Notes under the pieces: model-generated
What the model saw: the letters and a program-made list of their open reading frames with translations, nothing else
Database searches by the model: none
Told to the model about the DNA's origin: nothing
Made by a program: the position numbers and the translations under genes
In this document: piece by piece, positions 1 through 9,553 of the stretch
Layout: every line of letters starts with the position of its first letter
Position numbering within the stretch: position 1 is the first letter of the stretch
From: an uncultured Bacteroidota bacterium
GTDB lineage: Bacteria; Bacteroidota; Bacteroidia; Flavobacteriales; Flavobacteriaceae
Direction: 5' to 3'
Length of the DNA: 64,000 nucleotides
Assembly: GCA_902586435.1 (NCBI GenBank)
Contig: CACIHJ010000004.1
Span: 3,875-67,874, forward strand

Positions 1-268
1 GAGATTAGGAATGGATTATACTCCACCAAGTGGGTTTAATATGGCACTTTCATTCCAGCATGATGATAAATTCTACACAGAACAAGGATTCTTCACAGGA
101 ATGGTTGAAACAAAAAACCTTATTGACTTGAACTTAGGATACAAATTTAGTCCTGGTATGAGATTCGATATCTCAGCACAGAACCTTACTGATGATCCTT
201 ATACAGCATTCCCTAATATGCCAGAAATTAGAAGAAGGGTATTAGGAAAGCTTACTTTCAACTTCTAA
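1..268 (+). CDS. Outer-membrane beta-barrel / TonB-dependent receptor, C-terminal fragment (5' end lies outside the window)
   Basis: The frame is open to the window edge. The C-terminus ...NLTDDPYTAF...LTFNF ends in an aromatic residue, as in OM barrels. A strong hairpin terminator follows. Confidence 0.6.
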   Translation, partial: RLGMDYTPPSGFNMALSFQHDDKFYTEQGFFTGMVETKNLIDLNLGYKFSPGMRFDISAQNLTDDPYTAFPNMPEIRRRVLGKLTFNF

Positions 269-286
269 TGTTGAGATTCTAATAAT

Positions 287-320
287 AAAAAGAGCAACTT
301 TTTGGTTGCTCTTTTTTTTT
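287..320 (+). terminator. Rho-independent terminator
   Basis: Perfect 8-bp stem AGAGCAAC (291-298) / GTTGCTCT (305-312) with a 6-nt loop and a T-run at 312-320. Confidence 0.85.
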
Positions 321-336
321 GTAAACATAATGTAAG

Positions 337-344
337 TATATTTG
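337..344 (+). promoter_or_regulatory. Candidate Bacteroidota -7 promoter box (TAnnTTTG)
   Basis: TATATTTG lies 30 nt upstream of the ATG at 374. Confidence 0.35.
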
Positions 345-373
345 ATTTTCCAAATTCTTTAAACAACTTTAGA

Positions 374-1807
374 ATGAAAAATGTAGGAATTGATGCTATT
401 GATTATTATATCCCAAATCTCTTTGTAGATATGCAAGATCTGTCTTTAGCAAGAGATATTCCCTACGAGAAATTATCACAAGGTTTAGGATTGAAGAAAA
501 TGTCAATTCCCGATACCAATGAGGATACCGCTTCATTAGCAGCTAACGCTCTTTTTAAGTTAATTACAAAAAACAAAATAAATCCAAGTGATATTGGAAG
601 AATATATTTAGGAACTGAAACAGGCTTAGATTCATCAAAACCGATTTCTTCATATGTAATTGAAATTGTTGAGGACTTATTAAGTGATAAATTTGGAAAC
701 AGGAGTTTTAAAAATTGTGATATTGTTGATCTTACATTTGCCTGTATTGGTGGTGTTGATGCTCTTGAAAACTGTATAGATTGGGTTAAAGGAGGTAGTA
801 AAAGAAAAGCTATTGTTATTGCAACTGATATAGCAAAATATCACCTTGGTTCTACTGGAGAATATACACAAGGAGCAGGAGCGTTATCATTATTAATCAC
901 TGAAAATCCAAAAATGATTTCTATTTCAAACATATGGGGAGTTGCTTCAAAAGGAATTGGTGACTTCTTTAAACCAAGAAGAATATTCAATAAAAAAGAT
1001 ATATTTAAAGAAGCTGCATCTCTTATGGGAACTAACCCTTCAGATGAGGAAGTTCTGGAAATACTTGCAAACAATGGGTCAAAATTTTGGAATTCATCAA
1101 ATAAAAAAATAGAAGTTTATAAGGAAGAGCCCGTCTATGAAGGACAATTTTCAAATGAGTCATACCAGGAAAGAATATATGAGGCGTTAGACCATTTCAA
1201 AAATCAAAAAAATATAAACTTTCTAACTGAATGGGCTTTCTTAATTTTTCATCTACCCTATGCTTATCATGGAAGAAAAATGATTTTAGAGAAGTGGATT
1301 CAATGGCTTGAAGAAAATGGAGAAATTGATAATTTATATAATGAAGTTGGACAAGAAGATAATAATAGAAAAGAATGGTTAAAACTCGTCAGCAAATCAA
1401 AGATGTTTAATGAATTTATACAAAATAAAATAATGCCTGGTGAGTTAGCTTCAGCAGAAATTGGGAATATGTACACAGGGTCAATTTTTATGGCCTTAAT
1501 CAGTTTACTTTCATCAGCATTGGAGAAAGGGGAAGATATAAAAAATGCTAAGATTGGATTTCTGAGCTATGGTAGTGGTTCAAAAGCTAAAATTTTTGAA
1601 GGCACACTCGAAAGTCAATGGGAGGAAACAATAAAAGAACTAGACCTGTTTAGCAAGCTTAATAATAGGATAAAAATTGATATCGATTCCTATGAGAGAC
1701 TACATAATAATGAAAGTGTCTCGCCGTTAGACTCTTCATCAAGTTCAATTAAATTGGATAAAATAGAATCCTCAGAATTAATAGCAGGTTTAAGAAAATA
1801 TAAATAA
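374..1807 (+). CDS. mvaS: Hydroxymethylglutaryl-CoA synthase (mevalonate pathway)
   Basis: Thiolase-like HMGS signatures: GIDAIDYYIP, GTETGLDSSK, catalytic-Cys context FACIGG, TQGAGALSLL. The start is moved to ATG 374 because the TTG at 302 lies inside the upstream terminator. Confidence 0.85.
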   Translation: MKNVGIDAIDYYIPNLFVDMQDLSLARDIPYEKLSQGLGLKKMSIPDTNEDTASLAANALFKLITKNKINPSDIGRIYLGTETGLDSSKPISSYVIEIVEDLLSDKFGNRSFKNCDIVDLTFACIGGVDALENCIDWVKGGSKRKAIVIATDIAKYHLGSTGEYTQGAGALSLLITENPKMISISNIWGVASKGIGDFFKPRRIFNKKDIFKEAASLMGTNPSDEEVLEILANNGSKFWNSSNKKIEVYKEEPVYEGQFSNESYQERIYEALDHFKNQKNINFLTEWAFLIFHLPYAYHGRKMILEKWIQWLEENGEIDNLYNEVGQEDNNRKEWLKLVSKSKMFNEFIQNKIMPGELASAEIGNMYTGSIFMALISLLSSALEKGEDIKNAKIGFLSYGSGSKAKIFEGTLESQWEETIKELDLFSKLNNRIKIDIDSYERLHNNESVSPLDSSSSSIKLDKIESSELIAGLRKYK

Positions 1808-1811
1808 TAGT

Positions 1812-2558
1812 ATGAATATACTGGTTTGCATAAGTAATGTCCCAGATACAACTTCAAAAATAAATTTTGTAGAAAATGGCACTAAGTTTGATAAAAATGG
1901 TGTTCAGTTTGTAATAAATCCTAATGATGAATTTGGATTAACTAAGGCAGTATGGATGAAGGAATCTCATAATGCAGCTGTAACTGTTCTTACAGTTGGA
2001 GACCAAAGTGTAGAGCCTACATTAAGAAAATGTTTAGCCATTGGTGCTGATAAAGCAATTAGAATTGACTGTAGTTCAAAAGATGGATTTTCTGTTGCAA
2101 AAGAAATTTCCCATTTCAGTCAAAAAGAAAACTTTGATTTGATAATTTGCGGAAGAGAATCTATCGATTATAATGGCGGAATGGTAGGAGGAGTAATTGC
2201 TGGAATATTAGATTATAATTTTATTACAAATTGTGTAGATCTTGATATTAAAGGAACTAACGCCCTAGTATCAAGAGAGATTGATGGAGGAATTGAAACA
2301 CTTGAATGTAATTTACCATTAGTTCTTGGTGCACAAAAAGGGTTAGTAGAAGAAAGCGACCTAATAATTCCAAATATGAGAGGAATAATGATGGCTAGAC
2401 AGAAGCCATTAGAAACTATTGAAGCTCAAAATTTTAATGCTGAAAGTATAAATCAGGGTTATCATAAGCCTGATGCTAAAAAAGAGGTTAAGCTTGTTAA
2501 AGCTGATGAAGTTGATAAGCTAATTGATCTTCTAGAAAATGAAGCAAAAGTAATTTAG
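1812..2558 (+). CDS. etfB: Electron transfer flavoprotein beta subunit
   Basis: N-terminus MNILVCISNVPDTTSKINF and ESIDYNGG are typical of EtfB. It is paired with etfA. Confidence 0.9.
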   Translation: MNILVCISNVPDTTSKINFVENGTKFDKNGVQFVINPNDEFGLTKAVWMKESHNAAVTVLTVGDQSVEPTLRKCLAIGADKAIRIDCSSKDGFSVAKEISHFSQKENFDLIICGRESIDYNGGMVGGVIAGILDYNFITNCVDLDIKGTNALVSREIDGGIETLECNLPLVLGAQKGLVEESDLIIPNMRGIMMARQKPLETIEAQNFNAESINQGYHKPDAKKEVKLVKADEVDKLIDLLENEAKVI

Positions 2559-2569
2559 ATTATAGTAAA

Positions 2570-3529
2570 ATGTCAATATTAATATACACTGAATCTGAAA
2601 ATAACGAATTTAAAAAGTCTGCTCTTGAGGCGCTTTCATACGGAAAGGCATTAGGAGAGAAGATGGGCGAAAATGTTACATGTCTTTCTATTAACTCTAA
2701 TAATTTTAATTCATTAAAGCAACATGGTGCTGATAGAATAATCGATATTCAAAATCAATCTCTTGAGAAATTCATAGTTAAAAATTATGCTGAAGTAATT
2801 CATCAAATTGTAATAAGCGAGAGTATTAAAACAATTATATTAAGCTCATCTGCTAACTCAAAATATTTAGGCGCATATTTATCAGGAAAACTTGAGTCAG
2901 CTTATATGTCTAATGTAATTGAGTTGCCTAGCGAAATAAATCCTTTTTTAGTTAAAAGAACTTGTTATACTAATAAGGCTTTTTCAACTACAGAAATAAA
3001 AAGTGAAATAAAAATAATTAGCGTTTCTTCAAACTCTTTTGGAATTATTGAGAATGTAACAGACCCTGATATTAAAAAGATTGATGTAGAGATCAAAAGT
3101 AGTGATTTAAAAATCAAAAAAATTGACAAACAAACTGGTGCTGTAACTATAGCAGATGCAGATATTGTTGTATCAGGAGGTAGAGGGCTAAAAGGTCCTG
3201 AAAACTGGCATCTTATTGAAAAACTTGCCAATTTGCTTGGAGCTGCAACTGCTTGTTCTAAGCCAGTATCAGATCTGGGGTGGAGGCCTCATAGTGAACA
3301 TGTAGGTCAAACAGGAAAACCTGTTGCATCAAACCTTTATATCGCAATTGGAATTTCAGGAGCAATTCAGCATCTAGCTGGGATTAACTCTTCCAAAGTA
3401 AAAGTTGTAATAAACAATGACCCTGAAGCTCCATTCTTTAAAGCCGCAGATTATGGAATTGTTGGAGATGCATTTGAAGTTGTCCCTGAACTAATTCAAA
3501 AACTAGAAGCTAGGAATAATAATAACTAA
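2570..3529 (+). CDS. etfA: Electron transfer flavoprotein alpha subunit
   Basis: C-terminal FAD-binding block VVSGGRG...VGQTGKPV...YIAIGISGAIQHLAG. Confidence 0.9.
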   Translation: MSILIYTESENNEFKKSALEALSYGKALGEKMGENVTCLSINSNNFNSLKQHGADRIIDIQNQSLEKFIVKNYAEVIHQIVISESIKTIILSSSANSKYLGAYLSGKLESAYMSNVIELPSEINPFLVKRTCYTNKAFSTTEIKSEIKIISVSSNSFGIIENVTDPDIKKIDVEIKSSDLKIKKIDKQTGAVTIADADIVVSGGRGLKGPENWHLIEKLANLLGAATACSKPVSDLGWRPHSEHVGQTGKPVASNLYIAIGISGAIQHLAGINSSKVKVVINNDPEAPFFKAADYGIVGDAFEVVPELIQKLEARNNNN

Positions 3530-3664
3530 TTTCTATACAGAAATAGAATATCATAACTTTTATTGATACTTGCGTTGATTTATTAATTATAAATTTAATA
3601 TCTCTGTTATATAACCAATGTTAATAGATTTTATTTATAGAATAAATAATTATAATAGAATATT

Positions 3665-5503
3665 CTAATACTTAGTGTATAAAACCTCTAGTAATAGTCT
3701 CTTAGAGATATTTACTGAGTCTCTAGGGTGTGATCCATGAAGGACAACAGAATAAGGAGAAGTAATCACTGAAGTAGGTATAAGCATCTCAGTGTTTTTA
3801 GGATTACTGAATGCGCGCCTTAATGTAATGTCTTCTATATCTGAATTAACGACAAGCCCTAAATCACCGTTCAGTGAATCTTTATTTATAATATTATTTA
3901 CATGGTTGGTTATATTAAACTTGTACCTCTGAGGTATATTATCCGAATCATATTCTAATAAGCCTCCAAAAATATATTTGTTTGTATTGACATTCCCAAC
4001 TCTATAATCAATTGTAAAATCTTTATTATAATCCTCTATGGTTTGTCCATTACCATAAGAGTAAAGGTAAATTCTATTAGGCAAAAGATCATGAGAGTAA
4101 TCATGAGCAGACTGATCAATATTAAAAATAAGATTAGCTTCATTAATAATTATATCTTGTGAAGCAAGATCAGAGATGACATAATCAAGGTCGAATTCAT
4201 TTTCAGCAAACAATTTTATCTTAGAGGCTAACTTAGAGCCTTGAAGAAAAATCTTATTTGAAGGCAGACCTTCTGAAGAGCTAGCGATAACCCTTTGAAC
4301 CTCTTGATTAGAATCTTGGTAACTAAAATTATTTACAGATACCCCCCCGAGAGGTATCGAACTACTCTTTTTTCTCCTTTCAATTACATCATCATCAAGA
4401 GTGGCTGTCCCCTGGCTATTATAATAATTATAGTTATACTCAAGGATAATTTGAGCATTTGATATGTCAAGCAACATATATAAGTCATCTGAAAAATTAT
4501 CTGCATTTACAATTATCCCCCTAAGATGGTGATTAAAATTATCTGCATTTTTAAGCTGATCTAATCCTTCAAAATTCATAACCCTTCTCTGAAAAAACTC
4601 AACATTAAGAGGAACTCTTATTCGGGGAGAGGCATAATACTCTATTTCATCTGTTTCAATTACGGTAGTCTCAGGGTCATCTTGATAATAAAGCACAGGG
4701 ACCTCTTCAAGATTTAGACTAATATTTTCATCATGCAAAACATGGCCTGAAAAACCATCAGCATAAAAGTCTTGATCTGAAAAATACATAGCATATGTCT
4801 CAAAATTATTCTGAACATCAAAGCTATTTAAATAGTATGTTAACTCATAAACCTTAAGATCAAAACTAGCCTTTCTGTTTCCATATATAGAGTCTATTTC
4901 ATATACCTGCTTCCTGTTATCGTAGCCTGCGTTATCATCATCTTCAGGATCCAGAATACCATCTCCATCTGAATCATTGCTAAGCGGATTTAGCTCTGCC
5001 CTCAATTCATCAATATCTGAAATCCCGTCTCCATCTGAATCACTGCTACTGTCATTAGGATCAACATCATATAAATCTATTACTCCATCAGTATCAGCAT
5101 CATTTGTATTATTAAAGAATGGTATGTCTAAATAAACTGCTGATAAAACTTCTTCTTCATTTATTACTCGTATATCTATATCACTTCCTTTGATTTCTTG
5201 TTCTTGAGAGAAGTCTCCAAAAATATTTATGAAAGAAACATCCAATTGGGAAACAAAACTTGACTCTATCCTTCCATAAAAGTTATCATTATATTTTCCA
5301 AGATGAGCATTAGGCAAATTATTGGTCTGTACCTTTGACATAGATTCTTGATATGAATAAACAGGAAAGACAACACTATTTAAATCTTCAAATTCAGGGT
5401 TATATAGTTCAGCACCAACAGTAAAGTACTCCTTATTACATGATGCTATTAAAATAGAAAAAAAGGTAAAATATAAAATTGTATGATAATTTCGAAAACT
5501 CAT
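3665..5503 (-). CDS. DUF4270-like lipoprotein with inserted thrombospondin type-3-like Ca-binding repeats
   Basis: Lipoprotein signal (ILIASC). It sits next to the glycogen-synthase-like gene and panC, as in Flavobacteriia. Contains DxDxDGxxD repeats. Confidence 0.55.
   Translation of the reverse strand: MSFRNYHTILYFTFFSILIASCNKEYFTVGAELYNPEFEDLNSVVFPVYSYQESMSKVQTNNLPNAHLGKYNDNFYGRIESSFVSQLDVSFINIFGDFSQEQEIKGSDIDIRVINEEEVLSAVYLDIPFFNNTNDADTDGVIDLYDVDPNDSSSDSDGDGISDIDELRAELNPLSNDSDGDGILDPEDDDNAGYDNRKQVYEIDSIYGNRKASFDLKVYELTYYLNSFDVQNNFETYAMYFSDQDFYADGFSGHVLHDENISLNLEEVPVLYYQDDPETTVIETDEIEYYASPRIRVPLNVEFFQRRVMNFEGLDQLKNADNFNHHLRGIIVNADNFSDDLYMLLDISNAQIILEYNYNYYNSQGTATLDDDVIERRKKSSSIPLGGVSVNNFSYQDSNQEVQRVIASSSEGLPSNKIFLQGSKLASKIKLFAENEFDLDYVISDLASQDIIINEANLIFNIDQSAHDYSHDLLPNRIYLYSYGNGQTIEDYNKDFTIDYRVGNVNTNKYIFGGLLEYDSDNIPQRYKFNITNHVNNIINKDSLNGDLGLVVNSDIEDITLRRAFSNPKNTEMLIPTSVITSPYSVVLHGSHPRDSVNISKRLLLEVLYTKY
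4931..5101 (-). repeat. Coding repeats for Asp-rich TSP3-like motifs (DADTDGVID, DSDGDGISD, DSDGDGILD)
   Basis: The identical 15-mer tctccatctgaatca occurs at 4962-4976 and 5028-5042, offset 66 nt (22 codons). Confidence 0.8.
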
Positions 5504-5506
5504 TAT

Positions 5507-6316
5507 TTAATCTAAATATTTTGCAAGAAAATCTATAAATAAGTTTTCGTCTAATGATTTCTTGAATGTTAATAATGGCTTCGAAGAGTTTTGAATGATT
5601 TTCTCTGTCTTTTTATCAATTTTTTCAGATGATAAGACTATTCCATCAGAAAAATCTACCATAAGATTAATCAATGAGTCGTATGTGGGGGATGAAAGTT
5701 TTTCAAGCCCCTTATCTATATGATCGAACTGCACTTTTTTAACCATAGATTTAGACAGGCTTCCGTCAAAAGATTTTGTATAAACTGAAGATATTATTTT
5801 TGTATTTATAAACATTGGATCTTCAGAGTATAATTCTCTTAGATATAAAGGAAATAATGAATTAAATACACCATGTAAATATATTATATCAGGAGACCAA
5901 TTAAGTTTTTTAACTGTTTCTATGACCCCTTTTACAAAAAAAATCATCCTTAAGTCGTTGTCCTTATAGAGTTTGTTTTTTTTATCATGAAAAAGTTCTT
6001 TCTTTTTAAAGTAGTCTTCGTTGTCTATAAAATATACTTGCATCCTCTCTTTTGGAATAGAGGCTACTTTGATAATCAAGGGCATATATAAATCATTAAT
6101 AACCATATTCATTCCTGATAGCCTAATAACCTCATGTAGTTGATGTCTTCTTTCGTTTATCAGCCCATATTTAGGCATAAATATTCTTGTTAGTCCGCCA
6201 TTGTCATTTATTCTTTTTGAAGACTGAAAAGAATTAATTGCCTGTTCGCTTTGAGGCATATAAGGCACAACTTCAGAAGAAACAACAAGCACCCTTTTAT
6301 CTTTTAATGATTTCAA
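5507..6316 (-). CDS. Glycogen/starch-synthase-like protein (glycosyltransferase family 5 N-terminal domain only)
   Basis: N-terminus KRVLVVSSEVVPYMP resembles GlgA. At 269 aa it is short. It lies divergent to panC. Confidence 0.5.
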   Translation of the reverse strand: MKSLKDKRVLVVSSEVVPYMPQSEQAINSFQSSKRINDNGGLTRIFMPKYGLINERRHQLHEVIRLSGMNMVINDLYMPLIIKVASIPKERMQVYFIDNEDYFKKKELFHDKKNKLYKDNDLRMIFFVKGVIETVKKLNWSPDIIYLHGVFNSLFPLYLRELYSEDPMFINTKIISSVYTKSFDGSLSKSMVKKVQFDHIDKGLEKLSSPTYDSLINLMVDFSDGIVLSSEKIDKKTEKIIQNSSKPLLTFKKSLDENLFIDFLAKYLD

Positions 6317-6409
6317 AATATTTTCTTTGATAATAGTCCTGCAAAATTACAAAAATTATGAGTAAGTATTTAAAAACATTATCTTTAAACTCAAGGCAAA
6401 AATTTTCGA

Positions 6410-7246
6410 TTGAACACATTCAGCTCCTATAGAAATCTTAATAATGCGCTTAGAAATAGAAAAGGTAGTCTTGGTCTTGTCCCAACAATGGGCTCATTAC
6501 ATACTGGGCATCTTTCATTAGTTGAAAAGGCCATAAAAGAAAATTCAAATGTAATTGTTTCAATTTTTGTTAATCCAACTCAATTTGATAACAAGTCTGA
6601 CCTTAAAAATTATCCCCAGAGCCTAAAAAATGATTTAAAGCAACTACAAAAATTCAATAATGTATTTGTATATGTCCCTGATATTCAGGATTTGTATCCA
6701 AAGAATACTATTTCAAAAAAGTATAATTTTGGGAGATTAGGCAAAATAATGGAAGGGGAGTCTAGAGTAAATCACTTTAATGGAGTTGCCACTATAGTAG
6801 AAAAGCTTTTTAAAATATTTAAACCTAATTTTGCTTACTTTGGCGAAAAAGATTTTCAGCAATTACTTATAATTAAATCACTTCTTAAGCAAAAGAGCCT
6901 AAAAGTAAAAATAATTTCATGTCCAACTGTAAGAGAAAACGATGGACTTGCTATGAGCTCAAGAAATAAATTACTAAACAAAAAAGAGAGAAAAACTGCA
7001 ACAGTGCTTTATCGTACTCTGCTAGAAGCCAAAAGATTAATGAATTCTTCTAAGCCTCCAGAAATAGAAAAAACTATTTCCACAAAATTTAGTAATATTA
7101 AGGATATAGACCTCCTATATTTTAAAATATTAACCGATGGCTCATTCTCAGATCTAAAAAATTTGAAGAGTAAAGAAAATGTCAGAGCGTTTATAGCTTG
7201 TAATATTGGCAATGTTAGACTAATAGATAATATGATATTAGAATAA
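6410..7246 (+). CDS. panC: Pantoate--beta-alanine ligase
   Basis: LVPTMGSLHTGHLSLV and FGEKDFQQ motifs. Starts with TTG. Confidence 0.9.
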   Translation: MNTFSSYRNLNNALRNRKGSLGLVPTMGSLHTGHLSLVEKAIKENSNVIVSIFVNPTQFDNKSDLKNYPQSLKNDLKQLQKFNNVFVYVPDIQDLYPKNTISKKYNFGRLGKIMEGESRVNHFNGVATIVEKLFKIFKPNFAYFGEKDFQQLLIIKSLLKQKSLKVKIISCPTVRENDGLAMSSRNKLLNKKERKTATVLYRTLLEAKRLMNSSKPPEIEKTISTKFSNIKDIDLLYFKILTDGSFSDLKNLKSKENVRAFIACNIGNVRLIDNMILE

Positions 7247-7253
7247 AATTAAT

Positions 7254-8213
7254 ATGAAAAATTATATTAAAATTATTGCACCAATTCTTTTAGGATTCTT
7301 CTTTATATACTTAACATTTGAGATTACTACTCCGGAAGAAAGAGCTTTGATATGGTCATATATAAAGTCTGCTAAAATTGAATTTATAATTGCTGCTATG
7401 GCGTTTGGAGCATTTGCTGATATTATCAGAGGATTTAGATGGAGATTTCTTGCAAAAGCTTCTGGACATTCATCCAATCTCTTGATAAGTATAGCCAGCG
7501 TTTTTATGTGTTATAGCTCAAATTTAATAATTACAAGATCTGGGGAAATATTAAGAGCAACTGTTTTAAGCAGTTATAACAATATTCCTCTAGGAAAAAC
7601 GTTTGGAACAATTGCAGCAGAACGAGTTATTGATATGATGATCTCATTTATTATTTTGGTATTAATATGGCTGCTTCAGTATGAGGTGATTGTTGAATCT
7701 TTTTTTGATGATAATTTTTTATTTTTTATAGAGGATAATATTTTATATATCGTTGGATTGGCAATAACGTTAGTGCTATTATTATCAGTAATTTTTATAA
7801 AAATCAAATCAGTTAAAAAGTTTTTCCTTTCTATTATAGAAGGGCTTTTATCTATAGTGAAATTAAAGAAAGATTTACCTTTATTTATACTTGCCACAAT
7901 AACAATTTGGGCAGGATATTTCACTGCGTTTTATATGATCAAGTTTTCTATTTCAGAATTTTCAATTATTCCAACAGAGTTGATTTTTCCAGCATTTGTA
8001 GTTAGTGTTTTTAGTATTTCATTTTCAAATCATGGTCTAGGAGTATATCCTTTAGCAATTTCACTTTTTTTATTAGAATTTAACATAAACACTGAAATAG
8101 GACTAGCATATGGATGGTTAGCATGGTCTTGTCAAGCTATTATTACTCTAATTTTTGGAGGTCTATCTTTTTTTGTACTACCTTTGTTTAACTCAAGTGA
8201 TCGAAATGGATAA
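7254..8213 (+). CDS. Polytopic membrane protein, UPF0104 / lysyl-PG-synthase-TM-like
   Basis: About 8 hydrophobic helices and an RGFRWRFL motif. Weak family assignment. Confidence 0.45.
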   Translation: MKNYIKIIAPILLGFFFIYLTFEITTPEERALIWSYIKSAKIEFIIAAMAFGAFADIIRGFRWRFLAKASGHSSNLLISIASVFMCYSSNLIITRSGEILRATVLSSYNNIPLGKTFGTIAAERVIDMMISFIILVLIWLLQYEVIVESFFDDNFLFFIEDNILYIVGLAITLVLLLSVIFIKIKSVKKFFLSIIEGLLSIVKLKKDLPLFILATITIWAGYFTAFYMIKFSISEFSIIPTELIFPAFVVSVFSISFSNHGLGVYPLAISLFLLEFNINTEIGLAYGWLAWSCQAIITLIFGGLSFFVLPLFNSSDRNG

Positions 8214-8272
8214 AATAATAAAACAATTTTTATCACAAGTAAGCGCAAAAAAACCAAAATGAGCCTGAATTC

Positions 8273-9547
8273 ATGCAGGCTGTAACTGAAGTTGCTGAAA
8301 CGGTCATACCTTACATTGTTACAAAAGATATATACTACGGTCAAAATATTCTTTTAAGAATGGTAGAGCCTGAAAGAGTAGTTTCTTTTAGGGTGGCATG
8401 GATAGATGATAATGAGGAGATCCGAGTTAATAGAGGCTACAGAATTGAAATGAATTCAGCGATTGGTCCATATAAAGGGGGGTTAAGATTCCACCCTTCT
8501 GTTAATTTAAGTGTATTAAAATTTTTAGCCTTTGAGCAAGTATTCAAAAATGCTTTGACAACACTTCCTATGGGAGGTGGAAAAGGAGGTTCAGATTTTG
8601 ATCCTAAGGGTAAATCAGATACTGAAGTAATGAGATTTTGTCAAAGCTTCATGACAGAGCTTTTCCGTCATATCGGACCAAACAAAGATATTCCTGCAGG
8701 GGATATTGGTGTTGGAGGAAGAGAAATAGGATATATGTTTGGACAATATAAAAGATTAAAAAATGAGTTTTCCGGAGTATTTACAGGAAAAGGTATCTCA
8801 TGGGGTGGATCTTTAATTAGACCAGAGGCAACTGGTTATGGGGTAGCATATTTTATCGAAGAAATGCTTAAGCATAAGAAGAAAAATGTAAAAGGAAAGA
8901 AAGTTATTATTTCTGGTTCAGGAAATGTTGCTCAATTTGCTACAGAAAAATTTATTGAAATGGGGGCAAAAGTCCTAACAATGTCTGATTCTTCAGGCTT
9001 TATTCATGATCCAGCTGGAATAAATAAAGATAAACTAAAATATGTGATGCAGCTTAAAAATGAACAAAGAGGCAGAATATCTGAATACGAAAAAAAATAT
9101 CCTAAAGCTAAATTCTTTTCTAAAGATAAACCATGGAAGGTGGGTTGTGATATTGCAATCCCTTGTGCTACTGAAAACGAATTAAATCAATCTGATGCAA
9201 AAACTTTAATCAAAAATGGAGTGATGGCAGTTGCCGAAGGAGCTAATATGCCGTGTACTCCAGAGGCTATAAAGGCTTTTCAAAATAGTAAAGTTTTATA
9301 TGCTCCAGGAAAAGCTTCTAACGCTGGAGGAGTAGCTGTTTCTGGTCTCGAAATGGCTCAAAATTCTTTAAAAAACACTTGGTCTAGAAAAATTGTAGAC
9401 GGAAAATTACAAGAAATCATGACAGATATCCATAGTTCGTGCCTAGAATATGGAAAAGAAAAAAATAGTATAGATTATCTCAAAGGAGCAAATATTGCTG
9501 GGTTTGTCAAAGTTGCTGATGCTATGCTTGCCCAGGGTGTTGTGTAA
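8273..9547 (+). CDS. gdhA: NADP-specific glutamate dehydrogenase (main ORF; the conserved N-terminal about 16 codons lie in another frame starting at ATG 8206)
   Basis: GGGKGGSDFDPKGKS catalytic-Lys block, GSGNVAQ Rossmann motif, EGANMP. See the frameshift finding. Confidence 0.9.
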   Translation: MQAVTEVAETVIPYIVTKDIYYGQNILLRMVEPERVVSFRVAWIDDNEEIRVNRGYRIEMNSAIGPYKGGLRFHPSVNLSVLKFLAFEQVFKNALTTLPMGGGKGGSDFDPKGKSDTEVMRFCQSFMTELFRHIGPNKDIPAGDIGVGGREIGYMFGQYKRLKNEFSGVFTGKGISWGGSLIRPEATGYGVAYFIEEMLKHKKKNVKGKKVIISGSGNVAQFATEKFIEMGAKVLTMSDSSGFIHDPAGINKDKLKYVMQLKNEQRGRISEYEKKYPKAKFFSKDKPWKVGCDIAIPCATENELNQSDAKTLIKNGVMAVAEGANMPCTPEAIKAFQNSKVLYAPGKASNAGGVAVSGLEMAQNSLKNTWSRKIVDGKLQEIMTDIHSSCLEYGKEKNSIDYLKGANIAGFVKVADAMLAQGVV

Positions 9548-9553
9548 CTTTAT

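Noticed and set aside
302-373. TTG-initiated N-terminal extension of the HMG-CoA synthase ORF.
   Set aside because: The TTG lies inside the loop and second arm of the upstream terminator hairpin. The conserved protein begins at ATG 374 (MKNVGIDAIDYY).
3530-3664. AT-only hairpins (TTCTAT/ATAGAA and TTATTTAT/ATAAATAA) as terminators between convergent etfA and the DUF4270 gene.
   Set aside because: The stems are purely A/T with no proper T-run. They cannot be told apart from chance palindromes in about 20% GC DNA.
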